This document shows, one piece after another, positions 13,412-26,106 of a DNA stretch of 64,000 nucleotides. The position numbers were made by a program, and so were the translations under genes. Below the pieces are notes generated by a model. That model had not been told where the DNA came from and did not search any database. It saw only the letters and a list, made by a program, of their open reading frames with translations. Each line of letters opens with the position of its first letter. Position 1 is the first letter of the stretch. Source of the DNA: Rhynchobatus australiae (taxonomy: Eukaryota); NCBI GenBank assembly GCA_034780895.1, contig JAUZTB010000011.1, positions 74,429,312 through 74,493,311 of the forward strand. The letters are read 5' to 3'.

Positions 13412-13604
13412 GAGTGTTTTGAATCATTGCTAAGCATTCTTCAGTGGAGCTGGACAACCCTGGTGTTGGGAGTGGAGGAGCTTCAGGGATTGAAAGGTTT
13501 TCAATACACCGCCACTTTACTGGACTTGGAACGCCTAAAATTTGTTGGTACTTGTTGCCTGCGACTGCTGCGAGTCTATATCTGCGAAATATACCCTATA
13601 TCAG
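13412..13604 (+). CDS. MYCBP2: MYCBP2 exon (ECFESLLSILQWSW...EIYPIS)
   Basis: tttag| ... |gtacag; phase 0 to 1; overlaps ORF 13427. Confidence 0.96.
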
Positions 13605-14874
13605 GTACAGTGGGAAGCCCAGAAAATAATGAAGATATTTGGTGATTTTCCTGTCAATGTGATTTTGTTTTTATTTTATGCAATGCTCAGAACAGTAATC
13701 ACACCGAAGGTCTTTGGTTTGAACATTTGATTTAAAGTATTTCATTCCATCACTCAAGAATTGTGTTTTTATGTAGCAAATGTGCTTAAACCAAAATAAA
13801 TAAAAGGCCTAATAATAAATTGATATTACACAACCTATTAGAAATGAGAAAGAACATAACTCGAGGGCATAAGTTATACGATCCCTCTTTATTTGGTTCT
13901 AGGTTATGATGGCTAAGCTAGTAAGTTTGTGGCCTCTATGTATGTAATATGACGTTGGTGGATGCAACTGCTCTTTAGTGTGCTAGCTGTCTTGTAGATT
14001 GCACATACCATTTAAGATTAAACATCTTGGGTTGAATTTATGCTGCACGAGTATTTTTTCATTTTGAAGTAGATTACTGAAAGCTTCCATTATTTAAATA
14101 TCAACTTCTTGGTTTGCAACATTTCTTCAGGATTGCATGTATATTTTCTATCTGGAATATAGGATGTAGAAAATTACAGCACAGGAGTAGGCCTTTTGGC
14201 GCCCCATGTCTGCACTGATGATGATGTCAAATTAAACTAATCCCGGCTGCCTGCAGTAGAAATTTAACTTTCATCTTCTCCCTGTTTTGTATGATGACAC
14301 CTTTGTTTCCTTCTCTTAGTCTATAAGTACTCAAGTGGTTCAAAGTGGTGGAAAGCACCACCTTCTCAAAGAAAGTTCATGATGGGCTGACCAAGAATGC
14401 TGAAAATAAATTTAAAAACAAAAATTAAATCACATTTGAAATCTTTTCCATTTGTTCTGGGAATACTACTTCAATAGTTAACTGGTGAAATGATGCTAGA
14501 TGAAAGGAGCTAGTACTGCCAGTTCTTAAAACACTGTACTTCTGGTGCTTTGTTTTATTTACAACAAATATTAAGCATTGGCTCGATCAGACTTCCTCCA
14601 GGGCAATGAAAAAAAAGTGTCTCCAATTTGAGAGCAAACTATTCATGGTAAAAGTTTGTATATTGAAAAATACATTTGGTGTTNNNNNNNNNNNNNNNNN
14701 NNNNNNNNNNNNNNNNNNNNNNNNNNNNNNNNNNNNNNNNNNNNNNNNNNNNNNNNNNNNNNNNNNNNNNNNNNNNNNNNNNNTGGTGTTCTCCAGTTCA
14801 CAGGCATATATACCACAATAACTATAATTCATTGCAGGTGTATTCAAATGTGTTGATTTTATGTTCTATTGCAG

Positions 14875-15149
14875 TTGGTGCTAAAGCCGTGGTGGAGGAA
14901 ACCAGCAAACTGGCAGAATGTGTGGGAAAGACTCGGTCTCTTCTGAGAAAGATTTTATCGGAAGGAGTTGACCATTGTATGTTGAAGCTTGACAATGATC
15001 CTCATGGCTACCATTCACAACCCAAGACATTATTGGAAGCAGTTCTTCAAGAATGCCACAACACATTTACAGCTTGCTTTCATTCTTTTTATCCTACCCC
15101 TGGATTGCAATGGGCATGTCTTTGTGACCTGCTTAATTGCTTAGATCAG
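14875..15149 (+). CDS. MYCBP2: MYCBP2 exon (GAKAVVEETSKL...LNCLDQ)
   Basis: ttgcag| ... |gtaagt; phase 1 to 0. Confidence 0.96.
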
Positions 15150-15704
15150 GTAAGTTGGAGAGAGGACCCGATAACTTGATTTTTTTTATATATAGTTTTT
15201 GTTCTGTTTCTGAATATGATAAAATATCATGTTTAGCTTTGTAATTTTGGTTATGCCTGAAGCCAAATCTAAAGTTTCTTGTGCCAAAGACTATTGAACT
15301 TTTGTGTTTTTATTATTTCAGTGTACACATTTGTTAAACTAAAATCAAAACTCCAATTTCTTGAGTTCAAGTAATTTTCTATGTGTGCAAGTAATAGCAT
15401 AATTCACTGAAGTTGTATTCAGCGACCTAACTTGTTGTAGGGATTCTTGTATTCTGTGGTTTTGATGCCACGTTTAGTGAAACTCTTGATGATCTGATTT
15501 TAAAAATGCTCTGCCATTACTTATACCAAGTATTGAATCTTTGATGTGTGCAAATGGTCAGTTAGGAGTGATCAATAAATACTGGNNNNNNNNNNNNNNN
15601 NNNNNNNNNNNNNNNNNNNNNNNNNNNNNNNNNNNNNNNNNNNNNNNNNNNNNNNNNNNNNNNNNNNNNNNNNNNNNNNNNNNNNAATACTGGCCTTTGC
15701 TGGG

Positions 15705-15978
15705 TTTGCCCACAGGTCAGAGCCCAGAATGGACTTTTCAGCCTAACTTGTCCATGCCAACCAGGGTACCTATCTACTGTAGTCCCATTGCCCACATTAG
15801 GCCAGTATACCTCTACTCCTTTTCTATCCAATTACATGTAAATAACTTTTATGGGTAGTAATTGTATTTGACTCTACCACTTCCTCTGACAGCTCCTTCC
15901 CTATAACCACCGCCTTCTGTGTGGAAAACCTCACCCCTCAGATCTCTTTTAAATTTCTCTCTCTCACCTTAAACCTGA
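15705..15978 (-). mobile_element. CR1/HER1 LINE 3' end
   Basis: ttcagcc.aacttgtccatgcc...accacttcctctg.cagctc...tctgtgtggaaaa...ctcaccttaaacct. Confidence 0.8.
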
Positions 15979-16495
15979 TAAATGAATTTTAAAAAATGCT
16001 GCACAAATGGAAACTGTGCCTTCAGCTGCCTATAGGCTTAGTTACGGAATTTCCTTCCCTGTCCTCAACGTTTAGACTTTCCTTAAAACTGACCTCTTAT
16101 AAAGATTTTTGCAGTCCCTTTAGGCTCATTGTCAATTCGTGTGTAATTTGCAATTCTGTTAGATTCCTTAGGAGGTTTTCCTGTGTCAGCAAAATGCAAA
16201 AGTTTGAGAGATTTGCGCTCTCCCTAGTTGGAGCTTTGCTTTAATATATCTTCACTAATATATATGAAATATTAAGTTTGTTATGTTGTAGATTCATTTG
16301 TTATGTTTTAGGTTCAATATTTGGTACCTGAAGGAGAAAATTCCGGGGGCTCATTTCCAAAAGTTAAACCAGTGCTTATTTCAGGCAAATCGCTGGTAAC
16401 ATTTCACTGTGGCAAGCAGTGGGTGGTTTTACTTTAATTTGAACAAAAAAAAGCCTCTGTCATCATGATAACTTGTGTAATTTTTTTCTTAATAG

Positions 16496-16717
16496 GACAT
16501 ACAGGAAGCAAACTTCAAGACATCAAGTAGCCGGTTGCTTGCAGCAGTTATGTCTGCACTCTGCCACTCTTCAGTCAAACTGACCACAATCCTTCCCATT
16601 GCTTATGATGGCGAGGTGCTGCTTCGATCCTTGGTGAAACAGTCGAGCACAGAGAATGAATCTGCCATGGTTCACAGATTTGGATTACTAGTATCTCATA
16701 TGGAGAAACTCAGCCAG
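16496..16717 (+). CDS. MYCBP2: MYCBP2 exon (DIQEANFKTSSSR...MEKLSQ)
   Basis: aatag| ... |gtaaga; phase 0 to 0. Confidence 0.97.
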
Positions 16718-17299
16718 GTAAGAGCAGCAATATGTTTTGTTTTTGGTTGAAGGTTTGCAACAAGTCAAGTTTAACAGGACTTTTTAGTGTAGAATTGAGT
16801 CTTAGTTGATACACCAATAAGAGTCAGCAGTGTCTATACTTTGATACTTGAGATATTTCAAAAGTAACATGTTTATTTTAAAATAATTAAAATAGAAAAT
16901 GCTGGAAATATTCAGCAAGTCAAGCTACATCTCTGGGATGAGAAACATACTTAACATTTGGAGTCAAAGGTGCTTCTGATTTCCAGTGTTTTCTGTTCTT
17001 ATAACTGTTGTCTATTTGAATGACCAAAGCCAAATTATAAAACTTAATTTGCAGCATTATGGTCATGCAAAATGCTACAGAACATGTAAACCACAGTCAG
17101 AGTTTGAAAGGGGAATCAAATTCACAGAAGTCCCTTAAAAATTTCAGAAAATATATCCAATTTATTTATTTTTAAATGGGTCTGTGATTTTTGCTTAAAA
17201 TACTGAGAGGGATACTTTTTGTTAAAAGTAACATCAATAAATAGCAAAAGTTTGACTGAACTGAAACAATTCTTGAATTAAAATAATATTTTCTCCTAG

Positions 17300-17491
17300 A
17301 TTGAAGAAAATATCACAAGTATGACCAGTTTTCGAGAAGTGCTGGAAAAAATGTTGGTCATTGTAGTGCTTCCAGTTCGCAAGAGTCTTAGAAGAGAAGT
17401 GGAACTCTTCTCTCCTCTCCTGGTGTCCAATACTTGTGGTCTTCTTGCCAGTATAGTGAGTGAACTCACCGCATCAGCACTGGGATCTGAG
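17300..17491 (+). CDS. MYCBP2: MYCBP2 exon (IEENITSMTSFREV...ALGSE)
   Basis: cctag| ... |gtatga; phase 0 to 0. Confidence 0.96.
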
Positions 17492-18122
17492 GTATGAATC
17501 CAGGTCTGAGGTGGACTATCATTCTTATTCTTTGTTGTATTTAAGGTGAAATATTGTACTAAAGAATTTGTAATCCTATATGGCCTGTCAATGATGTAAC
17601 AAGTGGAAGGCATGATGGTTTTCAAATTGTTTGTTACATTTGTGACAAGTCGGTATGTATGTTGTTATACAGACAGATGTCAGAAACTGCATTCATTCAA
17701 TGTAACGTGCTTTGCTACAGTTGTACAGAGAAAGAAATAATTGAAAGTTATGGATATGTTACAGAAGCAGCATTCATGAATTGTTAGACCTGATGACATT
17801 TTGAGTTTGTAAGTCAGAGAAAGTACATGGCACTCTAGTTTAAGTTTTACTCCTTCATTGAGGACTTCAATTTAATTTTCAATCCAAAAGTTATTAGAGG
17901 GTAAAACTTGTGCGTTGCTCATCATAGTGTTATTGTTTGACACGTGGTTTTATCTTCCAGTTCTTATAATGTTAAGCATGAAAGCCAATTAGTAAATATT
18001 ATTTGTAAAGCATTTTTTAAAAACATTTATTATTCCACATTCTGCTCTATAATTTCACCTAAGACTATAGAAACCTATATTTAGTTAGAAACTGACTTTG
18101 AACATTTTGGTTTGTTTCACAG

Positions 18123-18329
18123 ATCGATGGATTGAGTTCCCTCCACTCTGTCAAAGCCACACCAAACCGATTTATTAAAACTAGCCAAGGACGAAGTTGG
18201 AATACTGGTAATGGGTCACCAGATGCAATCTGTTTCTCTGTAGACAAACCTGGTGTAGTTGTGGTTGGGTACCATGTATATGGAGGAGGCGGCATTCATG
18301 AATATGAGCTAGAAGTGTTGGTTGATGAT
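18123..18329 (+). CDS. MYCBP2: MYCBP2 exon, PHR2 (IDGLSSLHSV...EVLVDD)
   Basis: cacag| ... |gtaagt; phase 0 to 0. Confidence 0.97.
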
Positions 18330-18436
18330 GTAAGTTTACTAATTTTGTTTTTGACTTGAAATAGGAAATCATTGTGTTCTTGAGTAAATGTCATGGGTGG
18401 AATTCAATGATCCCTTTATTATCCTATTTTTGGCAG

Positions 18437-18568
18437 AGTGAGCACACTGGTGATTCAGCACATTCTCACAGATGGACGTCCTTAGAACTAGTAAAAGGTA
18501 CCTACAGCACTGATGACTCATCTAGTGACACGGCAGAAATTAGATTGGATAAAGCTGTCCCTTTAAAG
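18437..18568 (+). CDS. MYCBP2: MYCBP2 exon, PHR2 (SEHTGDSAHSHRW...AVPLK)
   Basis: ggcag| ... |gtatgt; phase 0 to 0. Confidence 0.97.
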
Positions 18569-18790
18569 GTATGTAGCCATATGTTTGAGCAGATATGATT
18601 TATCTGAAGCATTTAGAGAACATACTGCGTATGGAAGTTTTGTAGCAAATTGCTTCTCCTTGGGAATGCGGTTTTAAGCTGCTAAATGAGAATTTATTGT
18701 GTTTTTAGCACTGTATACATGGGTTTGTTAGGGAATTTCTGGGATTAATTAACATTCTGAGTAATACCTGGAAACGTTTTGTACTTCTAG

Positions 18791-18969
18791 GAAAATGTGA
18801 AATATGCAGTACGTCTAAGGAACTATGGAAGTCGGACTGCAAATGGAGATGGAGGGATGACCACCGTTCAATGCCCAGACGGTGTAACATTCACTTTTAG
18901 TACATGCAGCCTCAGCAGCAATGGAACTAATCAGACTCGAGGTCAGATTCCCCAGATACTTTATTACAG
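18791..18969 (+). CDS. MYCBP2: MYCBP2 exon, PHR2 (ENVKYAVRL...GQIPQILYYR)
   Basis: tctag| ... |gtaaga; phase 0 to 2; PHR signature NGT..RGQIP. Confidence 0.97.
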
Positions 18970-20551
18970 GTAAGAGCAAAATGGAATTGGCAAGTCGTTG
19001 CATCATCCAAAAGAGGATGTTGTTGTCTATTATTCTTAACTGTTAGTATCTGTAGATTTCTGTGTTAATTTTTTGTGGGTCCTTTCAGACTTATTGAGAT
19101 GGCTATTCAGAAAGTTGGTTAAAAATATGGGAAAGAGGAGGGGGGGGCCACAGATGCCCATTTATAGATTCGAAGGTTAATATTTTATAGCCTGCACTCT
19201 TTTTAATAAAATGTCAAAAAAAAGCAGAGCAGTACTAAGATAAACTGTACAGATGCTGGAGAGGATATTAAAAGGATGCAAGAGCTCTATAAGAAAAGAG
19301 ACCTGTGCATGCAGAATATACAAAATTAAAGTCATTGCATGCAAAACTTTCCATATCAGTCAATAATAAAATGATAATTATTCCACACCAGATTACTGCC
19401 CGTGCTGAACTCCAAAGAGTGCCTTTGACCTAATGTCAATCTGATCTCCTCTCACAGCATCATTAGCACCCTCTCAGAGAAAATGGAAGCTATATTTGCA
19501 ACCTGAAGTTGCGAATTGAAATGAAGATTAAAAAAAATTGCAGATACTGGAACATTTCCTCTTGCTGCCTGACCCATTGAATATTTCTAGCATTGTCTGT
19601 TTTTTACTACTATCTTCAGTCTTCCAGTCAGAGGGCTATGTAGAATCCCTTACGAAAATTTGAGCATTTTCTGTACTGGGGCCTTAAGACAGGCCAGAGT
19701 GGGAGACAATTGGAGGTGATGTAAAGCCAGGATTGTGAACTCCTCTACTCAAGCTGAAATGGTTAGTGGCAGTGCATGCACAGTCATCCTGAATTGAGTG
19801 GAGAGTGAGAGCTGGAATGAGGATTGTTGCAAAGGAAAAGATGCAGTGAGGCCATGGTGGACTTCGCAAGTGAGAATTTTCAATGGATTGGATCAAGAAT
19901 GAGTCATCTGAGAAGTGCTAAAAAGACGGTGACAAAATGGTGGAAAGCACTGATTAGGTTACAGATGATAGAGTCTTAATACTGGTTTTGGTCTTCTTGT
20001 TCGGTTGATGAAAATTGTGGTTGATCTACTGGGAGCCAATTTAAGATGTGCACATCTTACCGGAAAACCATGCATGCCCATTTACAGAATGAGAGTGATT
20101 CGTAGCAAGGAGTGAAAAATCTTGCAGTATTTTTTGTCTCCCTAAACTGGGAGCATTGTCACCAATTCTACCATTATTTTGTGTTTCAATCAGTTAGTCC
20201 TGGGACAGTTTTTTAATAGCTCCCTATACAAACTTGTGCAGTCCATATGTGTTGACTGTCGTAATGTTAACTGAAAGCATTGTTCCTGGATTTCCTTCTT
20301 CCCTTTCCACTTGTACATTGTCAATCTCATTTGGTCTGGGAAGGGGCAAAAAAAACTACAGTTTTAAAATCCAGATTTATTTTTGTCTTTATATTTATTG
20401 TAGTAAATGCACATTTCTACAGTGTGGTGACTTGTTGGATTTTTGGTTTGAACAAAAGAACTTACCTAACAATGTTTTAATTACAGTGCACAATTGATGA
20501 GATGTAATTAGGTACTTCATTACAATTAATATGTGCTCTTTTAACTTGCAG

Positions 20552-20694
20552 GAGTGAGTTTGATGGCGATCTGCAATCACAACTGCTTAGCAAAGCCAAC
20601 GAGGAAGATAAAAACTGCAGCAGAGCCCTTTCTGTCGTGTCTGCAGTTGTTCGCGCAGCTAAGGATTTATTGCATAGAGCTCTGGCTGTTGATG
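20552..20694 (+). CDS. MYCBP2: MYCBP2 exon (SEFDGDLQSQLL...RALAVD)
   Basis: ttgcag| ... |gtaaaa; phase 2 to 1. Confidence 0.96.
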
Positions 20695-21329
20695 GTAAAA
20701 AAAAATTAAGTTTTCTTATATTGATTTATATATAAGAGTTCAGTTTTAATTTGCTTAAAAAAAGTTACCATACTCCCATAAAAAGCTAACCAGTTGCAAC
20801 CTAGTTACCATGTTCATGCTGCTGAAGGAACCAATGAGTCGTGAAAAGAAACTCAAATTGAACAGATTAAAAAGATTTAGGTATGCTGGCATTAAAGGTG
20901 TTGCACTGTTTGATATTTATTGAACTGTAGGTCATTGCATCTTTCCTAAGAAGCAGTGTCAAAAGGTGGGGAATAAATTACATACTTGCTCTTCTGCAGA
21001 TCAGCATAGGTAATGTAGAAGCTCTTTGAAGCTTCCATTTGTCACTTAAGTTTCAGTTTGCTTTTGATTATTCTGTTAAGGGTTATACAAGCTCGGTTTA
21101 TCTTGTGAACTGATTTCAATTCAATGGGAAAGCATCTTATGGTACAAAGGCTAAAACGTCATTGCTTTTCTATTAGATGCAACAAATTGATTCTGACTGT
21201 AGAGAAGCAAGAACATGCAGCTATCTGTAACAATTATCTTCCGGTTGTAATATATTTTTACCTCAGTACTCTGTGATGTTTTGCTCACAAACGCGAAAAA
21301 TGAATAAAGCAACTTGTACTTTTGTTCAG

Positions 21330-21430
21330 CTGAAGATATTCCAGAACTACTCAGCTCATCCAGTCTATTATCAATGCTGCTTCCCCTTATCTTGGCTTAC
21401 ATTGCACCAGTTGCTGCTAATGTACCAAAA
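21330..21430 (+). CDS. MYCBP2: MYCBP2 exon (EDIPELLSSSS...ANVPK)
   Basis: ttcag| ... |gtaagt; phase 1 to 0. Confidence 0.96.
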
Positions 21431-21538
21431 GTAAGTATTTTCTTTCTTTCAATGCTTTTAGTGCTGGTTTTATCAATGTGATTATCCATAGTTATTTCTT
21501 TCACTTTTATAAACTATTATTTTGTTTTTCTTGAATAG

Positions 21539-21751
21539 GCTGCAGTTGAAGTGTTTGGTCTTGTACATGAGCTTCCAGTTGCAACATTAAATCAGAAATA
21601 TGCTCCACCTGCCTTCAATCCAAATCAGTCGACAGACAGTGCAACAGGGAATCAGCCTGAGCAAGGCCTCTCAGCTTGTACTACTTCTAATCATTACGCT
21701 GTGGTGGAGAGTGACCATCCTTATAAACCTGCAAGTGTCAGTCAATTAAAG
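21539..21751 (+). CDS. MYCBP2: MYCBP2 exon (AAVEVFGLV...PASVSQLK)
   Basis: aatag| ... |gtatgt; phase 0 to 0. Confidence 0.96.
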
Positions 21752-21889
21752 GTATGTACTAACGAAGTCAGTATTGCAAATGTGCATTTAATATATGATA
21801 ATTAAAAGCTCTGTCTGAAGTTTTGCACATTTCCAGACACAAGTCACATTTGGGATAATAACCAGTTAATGCTGCTTATAGTGAAAATC

Positions 21890-22260
21890 TCTCCTTTGAA
21901 AAAAAAATGCTCAGTTTCTTAAAGTATAAGGACAGAGCTGAATGAATGCAGAATACTGTGTTGTAGATGGTGTTGACTGTTTCAGCTTGCTTCAGTGTGC
22001 AGATCTAAGGATCATAATGTCGGGGTAGGTGGTCATATATTTGATGCTAAGACATTTCTTCACTCAGTATTGTGAATCTTTTAAAATTCTTTCTGCAGAG
22101 GGTTGTTCATGCTCTGCACAGTACTTACAGCTAAAATAGATTTATAGCTTCTAGGGAAAGTAAGGATTATCGGAATAACGAGGGAAAGTGGAGCTGAGAT
22201 AAGGAATTGGCCAAAATCTAATGGTAAACAGGATGAAGAGACGATGACCTACTACCCCTT
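21890..22260 (+). mobile_element. Degenerate CR1 LINE 3' region
   Basis: tttcttcactcag...tgtgaatct...gcagagggttgt...ggaaagtggagctgagat. Confidence 0.55.
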
Positions 22261-22660
22261 TTTTTTAAATACTAGAAAAAATAATCCATGTATTGAAGAA
22301 AATGTAAGATGTAGATACATAAAGTAGGGATTCACTAAGCTTAGGAAAAGAAGTGGGTGAAGATAACTCCAGGAATCTTACCTGAGATGCATAGTGTTCA
22401 AATAATACCTTGGAGAAATGGGTGGTATTACATTCACCTTTTCTTCAAATTTTCCACTCATTGCCTTTCTCATTATTCTTCTGACCAGTAAAAGTTGTGC
22501 TGAAAATAGTTAATTTTACATTGTGACTTTATAATGACAAAATGAATCAGGATATGTAAACCTGTTTAAATTTAAATCATTTTTAAGTTCTATTGAAACT
22601 CTGATCCAAGCAAGGAAGCTGCTGCTTTGGTGATTAAAATAGTGCCTTTGTTCTTGTTAG

Positions 22661-22883
22661 GTGACTTTTCCAGATTGTGTTAAGTGGATGACTGTTGAGT
22701 TTGACCCATTGTGTGGTACTGCACAGCCTGAAGATGTTCTCCGTTTGCTGATTCCAAATAAAGCTTACCAAACTTCAGGATTCGGGCCTAAAAATACAAG
22801 CCATGACATTCTTAATTCATGGATAGAATTAAAGAAATTTTCTGGTTCCACTGGATGGCCGACCACAGTCCTTGTTTTACCAG
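22661..22883 (+). CDS. MYCBP2: MYCBP2 exon (VTFPDCVKWMTVEFD...VLVLP)
   Basis: gttag| ... |gtataa; phase 0 to 1. Confidence 0.96.
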
Positions 22884-23813
22884 GTATAAGGAAGAAAATA
22901 AGTGTTGCATGTGCTTTGTTAAAATATGAAACCTAATTAAAATATATCAATTCTATATAGGACCTGCTGTGGAAGGTGGTAATTCTGTATGTGGTGGGCA
23001 ATTTCTCCACTTGCAGATTGAAGCTTTGGGAGCCTTTTTCTCAATAATACCTTGTGGAATTTAGTTTTTGCAAATTATCTGATTCTCAGGCCTGCTTCAC
23101 AAGGTGAGACTGCTTTTGGCTGGCCTGGAGTATTGCTTTAATAATGCTCAAATGATATCTGTTATCAACAATAGATATTTCAGTTCTCAGGTCCAGAGAG
23201 AAAGCCAATAGGTTCATAAGGTTTTATTGCCCCTGGACTTGCTCTGCGTCATCCAGAGCAATATTGAGATGTAGAATGTTGCACTTGCCTTACCCAGGAA
23301 TATTAGGAGAAGTCGAAGGAAAATACCTTCCCAAAGAAATAGGAAAGAAATTTTGGAAGTTGGCAGCACAAAATGACTGAGTGTGAGGAAAATAAAAGAA
23401 GTAGAAAGGAAATGGAGCACACACTTCATATGGAGTACATCATGTCAGATAACGTGACACATTGGCATTTGGGAAAGTGCAGTGAAATTAGAATCAACCT
23501 TTCGGTTTTGGTATTTTGAGTCTACAGTAATGATCGCCATTACTCTAAGTTCCTCATCCTCTTCATGGATCCTAACAATTAAGTGTAAACATTCAAAGAT
23601 GTGTGTGCAGAGGTAGTATTCTAACTTTTGCTTCAAGACTTTAAACAACCCTTCCTTGGACAACTTTGTGAAACTGAAAAATACTTTGGAAAAATCGAAT
23701 AGTGAAAAGGAATAAAGCAGAAGCTTAATGTGATGGAAAATGTCCAGTTTGTATGCCATGTTGGAATTTTGGGATTGTGTTTTGAAATTCAAATTTAAAT
23801 GTGATCTTTTCAG

Positions 23814-23932
23814 GAAATGATGCCATCTTCTCTTTGGAGACTGCATCAGACTATGTGAAAGATGAGAAGGCATGTTTTTACGGCTTCAAGTGTGTTGTTG
23901 TGGGTTACGAATTCAATCCTGGACCTGACGAG
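23814..23932 (+). CDS. MYCBP2: MYCBP2 exon (NDAIFSLETASDY...PGPDE)
   Basis: ttcag| ... |gtaatt; phase 1 to 0. Confidence 0.96.
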
Positions 23933-25559
23933 GTAATTTTATTTTTGTGGTGTGTCCAATTAAGTACTGTGAGANNNNNNNNNNNNNNNNNNNNNNNNNN
24001 NNNNNNNNNNNNNNNNNNNNNNNNNNNNNNNNNNNNNNNNNNNNNNNNNNNNNNNNNNNNNNNNNNNNNNNNNNNNNNNNNNNNNNNNNNNNNNNNNNNN
24101 NNNNNNNNNNNNNNNNNNNNNNNNNNNNNNNNNNNNNNNNNNNNNNNNNNNNNNNNNNNNNNNNNNNNNNNNNNNNNNNNNNNNNNNNNNNNNNNNNNNN
24201 NNNNNNNNNNNNNNNNNNNNNNNNNNNNNNNNNNNNNNNNNNNNNNNNNNNNNNNNNNNNNNNNNNNNNNNNNNAGTTTCCTGATTTTTTTTTTGTTTTT
24301 AATCGCAGACATTCCTTTTGGTTTTCATTCAAGTACCAGATACATTAGACTCTACCATGCAGTGACATTAACTTCTTTACCTTAGCTCTGTGCCCTGGGG
24401 GTGATGTCATTAAGTCTAATGGGCATCTGGAGCTTTGAGAGTCAGAATGTTAGAATTTGGGTGAAACCCTCTGGAGTTGGGATCAGTCACCAGGCCTGAG
24501 TGCCCACAACACCCTCCCTCCCACTGTAGTTCCTCCCAAAAGTGTAAGGTTAATCAGGAATGGGACTAAGAGAAGAGACTAAATTGGGAAGTTTGGAGTG
24601 GAGATAAAATAGCAGAGGTGGTCATGTGTTATGGTCTGACCACTTACAATCCTATTCACCAGTCTTTTACTCTTGCGATTTCCACTATTAGTAAACAACT
24701 GAGAAAAGCTGATCACTGCTGAAGTGGAGCACTCTTAAATGAAACTGAGCCATGGTGTGTGGGAGTTGGATTCATAGAATTGTTGGATGCTGATCTCATC
24801 TCTGCTGAACTTCAAAAGAATCCCAATGTTTTTGTGTGTACAATGATAATTCGGGAGTGTGGGGGNNNNNNNNNNNNNNNNNNNNNNNNNNNNNNNNNNN
24901 NNNNNNNNNNNNNNNNNNNNNNNNNNNNNNNNNNNNNNNNNNNNNNNNNNNNNNNNNNNNNNNNNGTGGGGGGGCGGGGGGGAGGAGGGGAAGACATTTG
25001 TCAAAAAAGAGAAGTTAATACTAGTCCCTAAAGAGTCTGTAATTTCCAAGTTTCACTTTCTTTTACTTGATAACTGTTCCTTGTTTCAGTTTAAATACAG
25101 GGCAGAAATTGAGGCTAATAAATGGTCCAGTCAATGAACAACTTCGACTGATGCTAAATTCAGCTCCTATTGCCAGTGTGTTGTATTAAGTGGCTCATTT
25201 TATGTTAATCACCTTGGGGTTTGTTCATTTTATTGTCATATCTCCTTTGAACATTTGGATAGCATTGGAATAACTTGTGACTCAAGTTTTCTGCAGCAAA
25301 GCAATTATGTCTTTTTAAGGTTCTGTAATTCACAGCACAATAGCTTGTTAGATCAGCAGGAAATTTTCATCAAATTTAAGATGAGTCATTCAATATGAAA
25401 TATTCTCATGGCTTCTGAACTTGCTGCTTATCAGGTGCTCTACTTCTTAAAAAAATTGTCATCTTCAGAGAGGAGTGGGGAGTTCTCCTTGCATCCAAAA
25501 GTAAAACACTGCAGATGCTGGAGATCTGAAATAAATAAGAGAAATCTGGAAACATTCAG

Positions 25560-26106
25560 AATCGGGTTTATTATCACTGACGTATGTCATGAAATTTGTT
25601 TTGTGGCAGTAGTACAGTGCAAGACATGAAAATTACTATAAGTTATAAAAATAAACAAGGATTAGGTTGAGAGGGAATAGATTTAAAAGGGACTTGAGGG
25701 GCAACTTTTTCATACAGAGGATGGTGAGGCAGGTACAATACTATCATTTAAGAACACTTGGATAGGTATGTGGAGGGGTGGGGCTTGGAGGGACATGGGC
25801 TGAACACAGGAAATTGGGACGAGCTGGATGGACAACATGGTCAGCGTGAACTGGTTGGGCTGAAGGGCCTGTATCTGTGCTATATTGCTCTATGACTAAA
25901 TACAGTGCAAAAGAGGAATAATGAGGAGTGTTCGTAGTGGAGGGGAAGGAGCTGTTCCTGAATCATTGAATGTGGGTATTCAGGCTTCTGTACCTCCTCC
26001 CTGATAGTAATGTGAAGAAGGCATGTCCTGGGTAGTGAGGGTCCTTGATGATGGATGCAGCTGCCTTGAGGCACTGCCTCTTGACTATGTCCTCAATGGC
26101 AGGTGG
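25560..26106 (-). mobile_element. Rex1/Babar LINE 3' end, interrupted by CR1
   Basis: ORF 25963-26196: PAIEDIVKRQCLKAAASIIKDPHYPGHAFFTLLSGRRYRSL; paralogous to the 60985-61545 copy. Confidence 0.85.
25656..25896 (+). mobile_element. CR1/HER1 3' fragment nested in Rex1
   Basis: gatttaaaagggacttgaggggcaactttttc...gggctgaagggcctgtatctgtgct...ctctatgac. Confidence 0.85.

Noticed and set aside
14831-14874. Duplicate attgcag acceptor 37 nt upstream of exon 14875
   Set aside because: Out of frame; homology fits 14875
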